Shown: one piece after another, positions 39,538 to 49,658 of the stretch
How the letters are laid out: the number at the start of each line of letters is the position of its first letter
How positions within the stretch are numbered: the first letter of the stretch is position 1
Assembly (NCBI GenBank): GCA_009602735.1
Contig: WELA01002708.1
Location: 62,001 to 126,000 of the forward strand
From: Mesotaenium endlicherianum
Taxonomy: Eukaryota
Direction of reading: 5' to 3'
DNA length: 64,000 bases
Program-made: the position numbers and the translations under genes
The notes under the pieces: generated by a model
The model's input: the letters and a program-made list of their open reading frames with translations, nothing else
Told to the model about the DNA's origin: nothing
The model's database searches: none

Positions 39538-40023
39538 CTATTTTATTTCTTCAAATACGCCAGTCTGTTTGTTCTTCCGCACATTATCCCAATTGAACCA
39601 ACGGCCGTTCATGGCTACATAAACGCCGGGCGGCAGGGTTTGTACAAAGGCCAATGCCCCGCCCAGGTTGAACAGGCCGTCGGAACTACCGAATTTGATG
39701 GGAATCATGGCCCCTGTGAGTACAATCGTTTTGTTCTTGACTTTTTCTGCCAGCACATGGGCTGTTACCGACATGGTATCGGTGCCGTGGGTGATGACGA
39801 TCTTGTCTTCTTCGCATTGAATGCACTGGTGTACGATCAGATCCCTGTCTTCATCTGTCATTTCCAGGCTGTCGATCATCATCAGGGTACGGATCTGAAC
39901 ATCCAGCCGGCACCTTCCCTTCTCCAGCAGTTCCTGCATGTGGGTATTCTTAAAATAAAGTTCTCCCTTCAGTTCATTGTATTCCTTATCGAAGGTTCCA
40001 CCGGTAATAAAGATGCGGATCAT
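39538..40023 (-). CDS. Short single-domain asparaginase-family protein
   Basis: TGGTFDK and THGTDTM catalytic motifs plus LTGAM; no C-terminal domain. Confidence 0.85.
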   Translation of the reverse strand: MIRIFITGGTFDKEYNELKGELYFKNTHMQELLEKGRCRLDVQIRTLMMIDSLEMTDEDRDLIVHQCIQCEEDKIVITHGTDTMSVTAHVLAEKVKNKTIVLTGAMIPIKFGSSDGLFNLGGALAFVQTLPPGVYVAMNGRWFNWDNVRKNKQTGVFEEIK

Positions 40024-40071
40024 AGCTGGCAATTTGAATTCGGATGTAAAGATTCAAAATCATTCGCACAT

Positions 40072-40100
40072 AAAAAAAGCCGCTGGTGAAAGCGGCTTTT
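40072..40100 (-). terminator. Intrinsic terminator after the DUF3276 gene
   Basis: AAAAGCCGCT/AGCGGCTTTT stem with a T7 run on the minus strand. Confidence 0.75.
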
Positions 40101-40125
40101 GGATAAGCAATTAGTTTATGGCTGG

Positions 40126-40563
40126 TTACCATTTGTCTACTTCTTCCGAAGCGGTGTTGGATGCGGCTACCGCATCAACAGTAGGAGTAGCTGCTGCAAC
40201 GGGAGCGGCTACCGGCTGTTCAGCTACTACAGCCGCTTCTTCCGCAACTTCTACTTCGCCCTCGGCATCGTTGTATTCATGGTTAAAAGCGTCAAAATCA
40301 AAATCAGGCATCAGTTCTGTCTTTACATAATCTACGGCTTCGTTCAGTGCCTTGATGAACTTGTTGAAATCTTCTTTGTACAGGAAGATCTTGTGCCTGT
40401 CGTACCCGTTGTTATCAAAGCGTTTCCGGCTTTCTGTAATGGTCAGGAAATAATCATTACCGCGTGTTGCCCTTACATCAAAAAAATACGTCCTCCTTTT
40501 GCCTGCCCTGATACGTGTGCTGTACACACTTTCCATTTTTTTTTCGTTGTTCTCGTACGACAC
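40126..40563 (-). CDS. DUF3276 / Pur-alpha-like nucleic-acid-binding protein
   Basis: RAGKRRTYFFDV, YFLTITESRK and HKIFLYKEDF. Probable GTG start at 40563; -7 box TATATTTG at 40607-40600. Confidence 0.85.
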   Translation of the reverse strand: MSYENNEKKMESVYSTRIRAGKRRTYFFDVRATRGNDYFLTITESRKRFDNNGYDRHKIFLYKEDFNKFIKALNEAVDYVKTELMPDFDFDAFNHEYNDAEGEVEVAEEAAVVAEQPVAAPVAAATPTVDAVAASNTASEEVDKW

Positions 40564-40675
40564 AGTTGTAGATTTTGTTTGGTTAATTTTTGAGTGACAC
40601 AAATATATGATTGTTATTGAATTACCAAAATTTTCATAAAACCTGCCGGAAACCCCGCAAAAAGCCGCTTTTGCC

Positions 40676-42502
40676 TTATACTTCGGCCTTTTCTTCGGTC
40701 AGTTGGAGCCGGTATAACTCGGCATAATAGCCATTGGCGGCCATCAGTTCCTCGTGTGTACCCATTTCCAACAGCTCGCCATTGTCCAGCACGACGATCT
40801 TATGAAAAGGGAAAGAGGAGAATATGCGATGGGTGATGATGATAGCGGTTTTATCGTGCAGGTATCGGTAGAGGTTACCAATAATAACGTGTTCTGTTTT
40901 GGCATCCACGGCGCTCAGGCAATCGTCGAACACTACGATCTCGGGGTTTTTGATCAGCGCGCGGGCAATGGATATCCGCTGTTTCTGGCCACCACTCAAT
41001 GTTACACCACGCTCCCCGATCATGGTTTCATAGCCTTTGGCAAAGCCCTGTATCTCTTTGTGCACGCTGGCAAAAGCAGCGGCTTCCGTTACCCGTTCTT
41101 CCGATGCAGGTGCGGCCAGACCAAAGCTGATATTGTCGCGCACCGTATCGCTGAACAGGAACACATCCTGTTGCACATAACTCACCTGGTCGCGGAAAGA
41201 TTTGAGGTCCATCGTACGGATATCGTTGCCGCCAATGGTGATCTTCCCTTCCTGCGGATCGTAAAAACGCAACAACAACTGCGCAAGGGTGGTTTTACCA
41301 CTGCCGGTTCTGCCCAATACCAGCACCTTCTCTCCTTTCGTAATCCGCAGGCTGAATTGTTTGACGGCGTTGATACCGGTATGCGGATAAATAAAATTTA
41401 CTGCATCGAATACAATATCGCCGGAAACCTTTACCTGCTGGGCTTCGGGAAGATTGGCAATGGTAGGCTCGGTGAGCAGGAATTCATTGATCCTTCTTTG
41501 GGAAGCCGAAGCCCGCTGGATCATGCTGGCCGTCCACCCGATGGCGCTTACCGGGAAAGTGAGCATGTTGATATAGATGACGAATTCAACGATCAGCCCG
41601 ATCTTGCTGCTGTCGTGCAGGGCCTGTACGCCTCCTATCAGTATGGTGACCAACGTGCTGAGTCCAATCATCAGTGCCATACTGGGGAAATAAATGGCTT
41701 CGACCCTGGCCAGGCTCACGGCATTCTTTTTATATGCTTCGCTGTTTCTGGTGAAGAAACCGAGCATGGCTTTTTCCTGCACAAAAGATTTGATCACGCG
41801 TATACCGGAATACGATTCCTGGGCATTGGTGGTGAGATCTGACAAAAGCGCCTGTATCCTTTCGCTTTTTTTGTTGATGATGCTGTTTACAAAATAGATG
41901 GTGATGGCCAGCAGTAGCAATGGCGCCAGTACATAGAGTGTTAACGACACGTCTTTACGCAGCATATTCATCACGCAAAATCCAATGAGGGTTACCAGGT
42001 TGATCAGGTACATGATGGCGGGGCCGGTGTACATCCGCACACGGCTCACGTCTTCCGTCATCCGGTTCATGAGGTCGCCGGTGCTGTGGGTCTTGTAGAA
42101 ATTTGTATCGAGCCGCTGGTAATGTTTAAAAATCTCATTCTTCTGGTCGTATTCAATATGCCGGCTCATGACAATGATGGTCTGGCGCATGAAGAACATG
42201 AAAATACCCCGCAGTATGGCCAGCAATAAAATGGTGAGGCTGCAAACGGCGATGAGCCAGCCAAAACTGAACTGTGCCGATTGCACCCAGGTGATGAACC
42301 GGTGCACCAGTACATCATGTACCGGTTTGGAAGCAACCGGCCTCGCGCCGGGCAATCGCTGCTGTACCAGGTTCACCACAAAACCGGTTATCTGTGGCGC
42401 CAATACGGCAAAATAGTTGGAGAATACAACAAACAGGGTACCTACTATAAAGCGTACACGATATTTCCAGAAATATTTACGTAAAGAAGATAAAGGTGTC
42501 AT
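40676..42502 (-). CDS. ABC exporter, fused permease/ATPase (MsbA/MdlA-like)
   Basis: TM domain, Walker A GRTGSGKT, LSGGQKQR and Walker B VFDD. Confidence 0.93.
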   Translation of the reverse strand: MTPLSSLRKYFWKYRVRFIVGTLFVVFSNYFAVLAPQITGFVVNLVQQRLPGARPVASKPVHDVLVHRFITWVQSAQFSFGWLIAVCSLTILLLAILRGIFMFFMRQTIIVMSRHIEYDQKNEIFKHYQRLDTNFYKTHSTGDLMNRMTEDVSRVRMYTGPAIMYLINLVTLIGFCVMNMLRKDVSLTLYVLAPLLLLAITIYFVNSIINKKSERIQALLSDLTTNAQESYSGIRVIKSFVQEKAMLGFFTRNSEAYKKNAVSLARVEAIYFPSMALMIGLSTLVTILIGGVQALHDSSKIGLIVEFVIYINMLTFPVSAIGWTASMIQRASASQRRINEFLLTEPTIANLPEAQQVKVSGDIVFDAVNFIYPHTGINAVKQFSLRITKGEKVLVLGRTGSGKTTLAQLLLRFYDPQEGKITIGGNDIRTMDLKSFRDQVSYVQQDVFLFSDTVRDNISFGLAAPASEERVTEAAAFASVHKEIQGFAKGYETMIGERGVTLSGGQKQRISIARALIKNPEIVVFDDCLSAVDAKTEHVIIGNLYRYLHDKTAIIITHRIFSSFPFHKIVVLDNGELLEMGTHEELMAANGYYAELYRLQLTEEKAEV

Positions 42503-42680
42503 GCCACCCAAAGGTAGCGCAGTCAACGGGATTTACCGGCCAGGTATTTGATAAGCGGGAATATACAACCAACCAATGAAACCTTATCTGCACCGACCCA
42601 ATGTTGCATTAATCTGTTTATATTAGTAGTATTGCTTTATGCTTGCATTGCCCGGCATTTTCATTCACTAAAAATATTTC

Positions 42681-43037
42681 ATGAAATTTGACAAAGCAAT
42701 CCCCATCCTCTATTCAACGGATGTACGAAAAAGCATACAATATTTTACGGAGCAGTTAAAATTCGAGAATAAATGGGAATGGGAAGCTCCTCCGACGTTT
42801 GGTGGTGTTTACAGAGATGATGTCGAGATATTCTTTTGTAAAGAAGACCAAGGCAATCCTGCAACGTGGCTCAGCCTCGTTGTCGACAACGTAGACGAGT
42901 ATTATGCATTAATCAAGGATGGTGGGGCTAAGATTCTTGCTGAACCCGACAGTAAAGAATGGAATATGAGAGAAATGTTGGTAGAATGTCCAGATGGGCA
43001 TATTATCAGGTTTGGACACAATATCTCTTGCGACTAA
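42681..43037 (+). CDS. VOC/glyoxalase/bleomycin-resistance family protein
   Basis: AIPIL..DV..SI.YF and EWNMREMLVECPDGHIIRFG. Confidence 0.85.
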   Translation: MKFDKAIPILYSTDVRKSIQYFTEQLKFENKWEWEAPPTFGGVYRDDVEIFFCKEDQGNPATWLSLVVDNVDEYYALIKDGGAKILAEPDSKEWNMREMLVECPDGHIIRFGHNISCD

Positions 43038-43097
43038 TCAAGCATATGTAGAATGGAATAAAAAAAGGAAACAGTCAAAATTGATCGTTTCCTTAAG

Positions 43098-43182
43098 CGG
43101 AGAGAGAGGGATTCGAACCCCCGGACCTGTAACAGTCAACGGTTTTCAAGACCGCCGCATTCGACCGCTCTGCCATCTCTCC
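43098..43182 (-). tRNA. tRNA-Ser (anticodon UGA)
   Basis: Minus strand reads GGAGAGATGGCAGAGCGGTCGAATGCGGCGGTCTTGAAAACCGTTGACTGTTACAGGTCCGGGGGTTCGAATCCCTCTCTCTCCG: a cloverleaf with a long variable arm and no encoded CCA. Confidence 0.96.
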
Positions 43183-43315
43183 GGCGCAAAAGTACGTTTT
43201 GAATCCAAACAGCAAAAAAAATCTTGAAAATCGTTGCTGCACAATTGGTTGTACAAAACTTATCATCACCAAAAAATGATCTATCTTTCGGTATCAACCG
43301 TCAAGCAATATCTTA

Positions 43316-45472
43316 ATGACCAGGTGCCAGCTTATTTTTGTCCTGCTGCTGTTTTGCAGGATGAGTTTAGCCCAGGATATGATCAAACACGTCCACCACC
43401 GGACAGACTCTACTTTTTTTACTGAAAACGCAGGTCCGCAGCAAAGTGATTACCTGGAAAGCCTCGAACAGGTGTTCCAGGTGTTGAATAAAGTGCCGAT
43501 CGTGACTTCAAGCTTCCTGAACCTGGATGACATCGAACATGACCTTGGGCAGAATGATTCTGCTGTAGCCATCCTTAAAGAAAGAATGGCGTATACTCAT
43601 TCCCTGAATATTCGCAGCCTGCAGGTATATAATACGTTGTTGGATAAGCTGGCAGTAACCATGAAGCGTTACGAAGATAACTTGGATGAGTATCGTACAA
43701 AATTAGAAGGACTGAAAAAAGAAATACTCGGGCTGAGAAAAGATACCCTGATCGGGCAAATATTTAAAGATACGGCGCTGCATACTGTCTTTACACCACA
43801 GTTGAAGCGGTTGCGCAGTAAGTGGCGCGAGGCCGACAGCCTGCTAAAATCCAGTACCAATGTTATCAATAACCTCAAATCCCGTGTTGCTGCAAACAAT
43901 ATTACTATTGCCGATCTCCTGTTCCAGGTAGATGCTATTTCCGACGATTTGCGATATAATGCTTTCGGCAAAGAACAGCGGTTGGGCAAACTGTCATCCA
44001 TCACCGAGTTCCATTTCCACTATATCAGTCCCCTTCCGGTCATTGCCTGCCTGGTATTTACACTGAACCTTGCCCCGCTTTTCGATCCGCGTGCACCTGC
44101 CGTTTATATTGAATATAGCCAGTTGTTGTTGGTGCTGGCATTGGGTATTCTTTTCTACCGGCGATTGCCAAAGCATTATTTTATGCTGTGGTGCATTTTC
44201 ATTGTATTGTCGTTCACGCTATATTTTGCCGAATCGGGTCATTTACTCGCTACTTATTCCGGGCGATGGGTAAGGCTGATGCTGAATGCTGTTTCTGCAG
44301 CACTGGCAGTGTATTTCTTTTTCACCTCTAAAGAAAAACCCGGCCGTTCGTGGCTGGTGCGTTTTGCTGTAATCATCTATCTTGCCTTGCACCTTACTGC
44401 TATCGTTTGCAACCTGCTAGGAAGGGTAACATTATCACAAATAGCGGGCTCGACCGCGGCTTTCTCACTTTCGTCGGCTATCGGGCTCATGGTTTTTGTG
44501 CAACTGATCACAGAAACATTTTTACTGCAAATTCAAAGCAGCCGGATGCGGAAGAATTACCCGGATTCATTTGAATTTGTGGGTATTGCCCGCTCGATCA
44601 CGAAACTCATGGGCATTGTGGCTGCCATTGTATGGCTGATTGTAGTTACCAACAGCCTCAATGTATATGATATGCTGGGTGATACACTTTCAGGCCTGTT
44701 CAATACCCCTCGAAGCGTGGGCAAAATCAGTTTTACATTCAATGGTATCCTCCTGTTCCTGGGTATTATCTGGATAGCCAACTTCTTCCAGAAATACATC
44801 GCTTATTTTTTTGGCGATACCGGCGACGATGCTTCGATAGACGACCGGAACCAGCGTTCCAGGTTGTTGGTTACACGGCTTGTCTTGTTAATTGCCGGGT
44901 TCTTCCTGGCTGTGGCGGCTTCCGGATTACCGATAGATAAAATCACTTTTGTACTCGGCGCTCTTGGTGTGGGTATTGGTCTTGGCCTGCAGGGTATCAT
45001 TAATAATTTTGTATCGGGCATCATCATTATTTTCGACAGGCCGATCCGTTTAGGCGACACTGTTGAGGTAGGCGGTAAAAAAGGCCGGGTCAAGGAAATC
45101 AGCATCCGCTCAAGCACCATCCTTACCGATGAAGGGGCAGAAGTGATCATTCCCAATGGAGATGTGCTTTCGCATAATATCATCAACTGGACATTGAGTA
45201 ATAACCAGGTGCGCGCAACGTTGTCCTTCAACCTCGACAAGACAACCTACACAGATGCGATACAACCTGACATAAAAGAATTGGTTAAAACAATACCGGG
45301 CATATTTCTGCGCAAGGAACCGGAACTGGCCATTGAACACGTGACTTCCAAAGCAGTGCGGTTGAAAGTGAGTTTCTGGTGTACAGATGTTGGTTCATCT
45401 TCCGCCATTAGTGCCGCAGCCCGAGAAGCAATTTACAATTACCTGGAGAAAAAAGGTATTGAAGTGTCATAG
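43316..45472 (+). CDS. Large MscS-family mechanosensitive channel
   Basis: Periplasmic coiled coil, multiple TM helices, GALGVGIGLGLQ..NNFVSG, GD.VEV and IIPNG. Confidence 0.88.
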   Translation: MTRCQLIFVLLLFCRMSLAQDMIKHVHHRTDSTFFTENAGPQQSDYLESLEQVFQVLNKVPIVTSSFLNLDDIEHDLGQNDSAVAILKERMAYTHSLNIRSLQVYNTLLDKLAVTMKRYEDNLDEYRTKLEGLKKEILGLRKDTLIGQIFKDTALHTVFTPQLKRLRSKWREADSLLKSSTNVINNLKSRVAANNITIADLLFQVDAISDDLRYNAFGKEQRLGKLSSITEFHFHYISPLPVIACLVFTLNLAPLFDPRAPAVYIEYSQLLLVLALGILFYRRLPKHYFMLWCIFIVLSFTLYFAESGHLLATYSGRWVRLMLNAVSAALAVYFFFTSKEKPGRSWLVRFAVIIYLALHLTAIVCNLLGRVTLSQIAGSTAAFSLSSAIGLMVFVQLITETFLLQIQSSRMRKNYPDSFEFVGIARSITKLMGIVAAIVWLIVVTNSLNVYDMLGDTLSGLFNTPRSVGKISFTFNGILLFLGIIWIANFFQKYIAYFFGDTGDDASIDDRNQRSRLLVTRLVLLIAGFFLAVAASGLPIDKITFVLGALGVGIGLGLQGIINNFVSGIIIIFDRPIRLGDTVEVGGKKGRVKEISIRSSTILTDEGAEVIIPNGDVLSHNIINWTLSNNQVRATLSFNLDKTTYTDAIQPDIKELVKTIPGIFLRKEPELAIEHVTSKAVRLKVSFWCTDVGSSSAISAAAREAIYNYLEKKGIEVS

Positions 45473-45497
45473 TTTTCATTAATTTATACCATCATCC

Positions 45498-46112
45498 ATG
45501 ACTCCAAAAGTATACCGGCTCATTGTTGCTATTTTAGCAATAGCAATCGGACTCTACCCTTCTACGTATCTTTTTGTGCATCAAAAATTTGGATTATTAC
45601 TATCCAAAAGTGACACCACACTCCATAACGTTTTTTGGAATATTGGTTTTTATACGCACATCAGCTCAGGGGCGCTTGCTCTATTGATTGGTTGGATGCA
45701 ATTCAATCCCAGACTGCGGGAAAACAGGCTGATGTTACATAGAAATGTTGGTAAAGTCTATATTATAGCTGCTTGTTTGAGTGCATTAGCAGCTGTGTAC
45801 ATCGCATTATATGCCAATGGTGGAATAATAGCTTCGTTGGGATTTATCAGTTTAGGAGTCATCTGGTTCTACACTACTTTGAGGGCTTACTTTGCTATAA
45901 GAAACTTGCAGATTATTGAGCACCAAAAAATGATGACATATAGTTATGCTGCTTGTTTTGCAGCGGTAACATTAAGAATATACCTTCCTTTGTTAACGAT
46001 GTTATTCAACGACTTTATCAAGGCTTATTTAATTGTAGCATGGCTTTGTTGGATACCCAATATGATCGTTGCCTATTTTTTAACCAGGCGGTTGAAAACT
46101 AATAGGGGTTAA
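45498..46112 (+). CDS. DUF2306-like membrane protein
   Basis: FYTHI, HRNVGKVY, HQKMMTYSYA and WLCWIPN. Confidence 0.75.
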   Translation: MTPKVYRLIVAILAIAIGLYPSTYLFVHQKFGLLLSKSDTTLHNVFWNIGFYTHISSGALALLIGWMQFNPRLRENRLMLHRNVGKVYIIAACLSALAAVYIALYANGGIIASLGFISLGVIWFYTTLRAYFAIRNLQIIEHQKMMTYSYAACFAAVTLRIYLPLLTMLFNDFIKAYLIVAWLCWIPNMIVAYFLTRRLKTNRG

Positions 46113-46157
46113 ACTAAAAATCCGCTTAACTGAACACAGTAAGCGGATTTTTAGTTT
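46111..46157. terminator. Bidirectional terminator between convergent genes
   Basis: AAACTAAAAATCCGCTTA/TAAGCGGATTTTTAGTTT inverted repeat. Confidence 0.85.
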
Positions 46158-46162
46158 CAAAT

Positions 46163-48400
46163 TTATTCAGCGCCATTCGCTGCTGCATTCAACCAAGTGG
46201 CAAAAGTCTTTATGACGTTTGCATCAATATCGATCTGCTCCTGCGCCTCTTTCCAATTACGTTGCTCAATACCTTCACGGATGCCGGGCAATGTTTTAAC
46301 ACCATAGCCGGTATAAAAACCCGGCGCATAAATGGCATGACGGTACCAGCCTCTGCGGGGAAGTCCTTTTTCCATCAGCAATTGCTGTTCGGCCTGGTAG
46401 AGCCGGCGATTCAGTTTATTTTGCTGCTCTTTGGTAAGTCCGCCTTTTGTAATCAAAGTCTCCAGTTGTTTACTGGCATTCTCCAGGCCGGTCATCGCAT
46501 TCTGTAACGCTGCAAAATTCAAGAACGGCACTTCATCTTTTGCGGCAGGAGGCAATTCTTTGTGCAGCGGGTCGGCTGCATAGGCATATTGTTTTTCTTT
46601 CAGCAGTTGATTTTCCACTTCAGTGGTCTCGCGCGACTGGTCGGCAAGCGCAATCACTTCCTTCACATAGGTTCCAATGTTTTTATAAAGTGTGGTAAAA
46701 TCGAAAGGCAATATATCGGCATCGGCCATGCGCAATGTGCTACGGCCTGCAGTTTTAGCAAGGGCTACACCATATTCGAAACTGGAGTCTTTGAAGCGCC
46801 GGTAGTTGTCATAAGAATCATATACAGAATGGTATTCACCGCCGGCATCTTCACCACCATAGCCAAGGTTGAGTGAAGGAATGCCCAGATGTTGGATAAA
46901 AGGACTGTAATCTGAACCGGAACCCAGTGCGCCCAATGCAATTGTTTTTTTCGCCAGCAGCTCTTTTTTGCTTTTGATGTTATTGCCGGCGCTGATGATA
47001 TCAAATGCCCGCCTTCTTTCCAGTACACTGATGCCTGTTTGCGGATCGCGGACATCCGCGGCAATTTCGTTCATCCAGGGCTCCAATGCATGCGAGCCTT
47101 CTGCAAAAAGAAATCCACGGCCATTACCGTCTGAATTGATGTACAATACGAGTTTCTGTTGAAGTTCTGCTGCATGCTCTTCGGCCCATTCGGTAGAACC
47201 GAGCAGACTGGGCTCTTCCCCATCCCAGGCGCCATATACGATGGTACGTTTAGGACGCCAGCCCGTTTTTGCCAGCTCGCCGATGGCCCTTGCTTCTTCC
47301 ATCATAGCTGCCTGTCCGCTTATAGGATCTTCTGCCCCATTAACCCACGCATCATGGTGGTTGCCGCGCATCACCCACTCATCGGGCAATTCACTGCCCT
47401 TCATCACAGCGATCACATCGTGTATAGGTTTGATATCCCAGTTGAAAGCTAATTTAAGGTGTACTGTTGTATTACCGGGTCCTACATGATAAGTAAAAGG
47501 AAGGCCACCGCGCCATTCTTCCGGTGCTACCGGTCCTTCAAGCGATTGCAGCAACGGAGCTGCGTCGTGGTAGCTGATGGGCAATACAGGTATCTTTAAA
47601 AGATTGCCGGCAGCGCTTCGATCCAGTCTTTTAGCGTCTTTGGTAGCGCCTGTTCCGGGTGTCAGAGGATCGCCCGGATAAACAGGCATGTCCATCACCG
47701 ATCCGCGTTGCGCTCCATATTCATTCCTGAATGCGCCTTTAGGATACACATCTCCCTGGTAATAGCCATCATCTTTCGGATCGGAATAAATGATACATCC
47801 GATAGCGCCGTGTTCCTGGGCCACTTTCGGTTTAATGCCACGCCAGGACCGGCCATATTTTGCAATCACGATTTTCCCTTTCACATCTATACCCATTCGC
47901 TCCAGTCGCTCGTAATCGGCAGGAACACCATAGTTCACAAATACCAGCTTACCGGTTACATCTCCATCGGCGCTGAAAGCATTATAGACAGGTAATTGCT
48001 CTGCTGTTTGTCCCGATGTAGCATCTTCTTTCAACGGCGGCTCCGCTAATACAGCCTTGTATTTAACAGGACCGGTCATTTCCAGCAATCTTTCTTTGGG
48101 TGTAGGAAACAGCACATAAAATGTCTCAACATGCGCATCGAAACCGCAGTTTTTAAAATGGTTTAAGATGTACTGGGTCACGGCCTCACCTCCGGGCGAT
48201 CCTACATGGTGCGGTCTTGCAGAAAGATCTTTGATATAACGATCTACATTTTTGGCCAACAGGTAGCTGTCGAACTGTTGTTCAGCGGCTACCTGTTTTG
48301 ATGAAGCGGTTGCGCTGAAACCTGTCAATGGTTTGTTTTGAGCTGAACCCAATAAACCCGTGTTGAGCAACAATAAGGGCAGGAATAATTTTTTTCTCAT
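46163..48400 (-). CDS. M28 peptidase (glutamate carboxypeptidase II-like; PA and TfR-like dimerisation domains)
   Basis: Signal peptide, GNHHDAW, GAEDPISG, WDGEE, GSGSDY and YHSVYD. Confidence 0.92.
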   Translation of the reverse strand: MRKKLFLPLLLLNTGLLGSAQNKPLTGFSATASSKQVAAEQQFDSYLLAKNVDRYIKDLSARPHHVGSPGGEAVTQYILNHFKNCGFDAHVETFYVLFPTPKERLLEMTGPVKYKAVLAEPPLKEDATSGQTAEQLPVYNAFSADGDVTGKLVFVNYGVPADYERLERMGIDVKGKIVIAKYGRSWRGIKPKVAQEHGAIGCIIYSDPKDDGYYQGDVYPKGAFRNEYGAQRGSVMDMPVYPGDPLTPGTGATKDAKRLDRSAAGNLLKIPVLPISYHDAAPLLQSLEGPVAPEEWRGGLPFTYHVGPGNTTVHLKLAFNWDIKPIHDVIAVMKGSELPDEWVMRGNHHDAWVNGAEDPISGQAAMMEEARAIGELAKTGWRPKRTIVYGAWDGEEPSLLGSTEWAEEHAAELQQKLVLYINSDGNGRGFLFAEGSHALEPWMNEIAADVRDPQTGISVLERRRAFDIISAGNNIKSKKELLAKKTIALGALGSGSDYSPFIQHLGIPSLNLGYGGEDAGGEYHSVYDSYDNYRRFKDSSFEYGVALAKTAGRSTLRMADADILPFDFTTLYKNIGTYVKEVIALADQSRETTEVENQLLKEKQYAYAADPLHKELPPAAKDEVPFLNFAALQNAMTGLENASKQLETLITKGGLTKEQQNKLNRRLYQAEQQLLMEKGLPRRGWYRHAIYAPGFYTGYGVKTLPGIREGIEQRNWKEAQEQIDIDANVIKTFATWLNAAANGAE

Positions 48401-48508
48401 GTCTTAAATCGATTATGATTAATATAGATTGGCATCTTTCAGTACCAGGTCTTGTATCTTCGCTTAAACGGTAATACCTCAACCGGACACTGGAAGCCAT
48501 TTCATTTT

Positions 48509-49597
48509 ATGAAGAAAAGATATCTTATTTTGAATATACTGTTCCTGTTTTTTTCCTGGCACAGCTTTGCCCAGGCAAAAAAATGGAAGACCGGGATATT
48601 AAGAGATGAATTCATCTATCAAAAAGCCTCATTTCCGCAATGCCATGCCGCTACGATTGCTGAAACGAAAGAGGGATTGATTGCAGCATGGTTTGGCGGC
48701 AGTTATGAAGGCAGTAATGATGTATGTATTTATACCAGCAGGATGGAAAATGATCGTTGGACAGATCCTGTGCAGGTTGCGGATGGTGTGATCAATGATA
48801 CGCTCCGTTATGCTTGTTATAATCCGGTATTGTGCCAGATACCGGATGGTGAATTGTTGCTGTTTTACAAAATAGGTCCTAATGTAGCAGGATGGACGGG
48901 TTGGATGATCCGCTCAAAAGACAATGGCCGCACCTGGAGCAAACGCGAGCCCTTACCCAATGGGTACCTGGGACCGATCAAAAATAAGCCTGTAGAGGTA
49001 GCGGGAACCTTGATTTGTCCTTCCAGTACAGAGAAAAACGGATGGAAAGCCCATTTTGAATACACCCATGATATGGGAAAGACATGGGCAAAGTCGCCCG
49101 ATATCAACGACGGCAAAACCCTGTCGGCCATTCAGCCAAGCGTATTGCAATATAAAGACGGAAGCCTGCAGGTTTTATGCAGAAGTCAAAATACTACCAT
49201 TAACCAATCGTGGAGTTATGACAACGGAAGAACATGGAGCAACATGACAGCAACGGAGCTACCCAACAACAATTCAGGAACAGATGCGGTCTCGCTAAAG
49301 GATGGCAGGCAGCTATTGGTGTATAACCACGTAAAGCCACCGGAAACCGCATCTGAAGGCAGGGGCGTAAGAACGCCTTTGAATGTAGCGGTATCAAAAA
49401 ACGGGGAACAATGGTACGCAACGTTGGTGCTGGAAGATTCCCCAGTCAGTGAGTATTCTTATCCATCTGTTATTCAATCGCAAGATGGAATGGTGCATAT
49501 TGTATACACCTGGAGGCGTGAAAAAATAAAATACGTAAAGATCGATCCTTCTCAACTCAAAATCCAAAAAATCAAGAAGGGGCAATGGCCGGATTAA
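48509..49597 (+). CDS. Exported sialidase-like BNR (Asp-box) protein
   Basis: CHAATI start motif, Asp boxes SKDNGRTW, THDMGKTW and SYDNGRTW, and YSYPS. Confidence 0.85.
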   Translation: MKKRYLILNILFLFFSWHSFAQAKKWKTGILRDEFIYQKASFPQCHAATIAETKEGLIAAWFGGSYEGSNDVCIYTSRMENDRWTDPVQVADGVINDTLRYACYNPVLCQIPDGELLLFYKIGPNVAGWTGWMIRSKDNGRTWSKREPLPNGYLGPIKNKPVEVAGTLICPSSTEKNGWKAHFEYTHDMGKTWAKSPDINDGKTLSAIQPSVLQYKDGSLQVLCRSQNTTINQSWSYDNGRTWSNMTATELPNNNSGTDAVSLKDGRQLLVYNHVKPPETASEGRGVRTPLNVAVSKNGEQWYATLVLEDSPVSEYSYPSVIQSQDGMVHIVYTWRREKIKYVKIDPSQLKIQKIKKGQWPD

Positions 49598-49658
49598 CTG
49601 TTACAGGTGGCAATTGACTATATTTTTGTTATCTTGTATATCCCTAAAATTCAAAACC

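Noticed and set aside
33226..41842. Long antisense ORFs at 33226-34368, 37671-38666 and 40754-41842
   Set aside because: Each overlaps a well-supported gene (RND/MFP, pgi, ABC exporter) and has no motifs or plausible start context.
42681..43182. tRNA-Ser as an integration site for a genomic island
   Set aside because: No integrase and no duplicated tRNA 3' end were seen; only one small VOC gene lies downstream.
42994..43227. 77-aa ORF over the tRNA
   Set aside because: It is the antisense reading of the tRNA-Ser gene.
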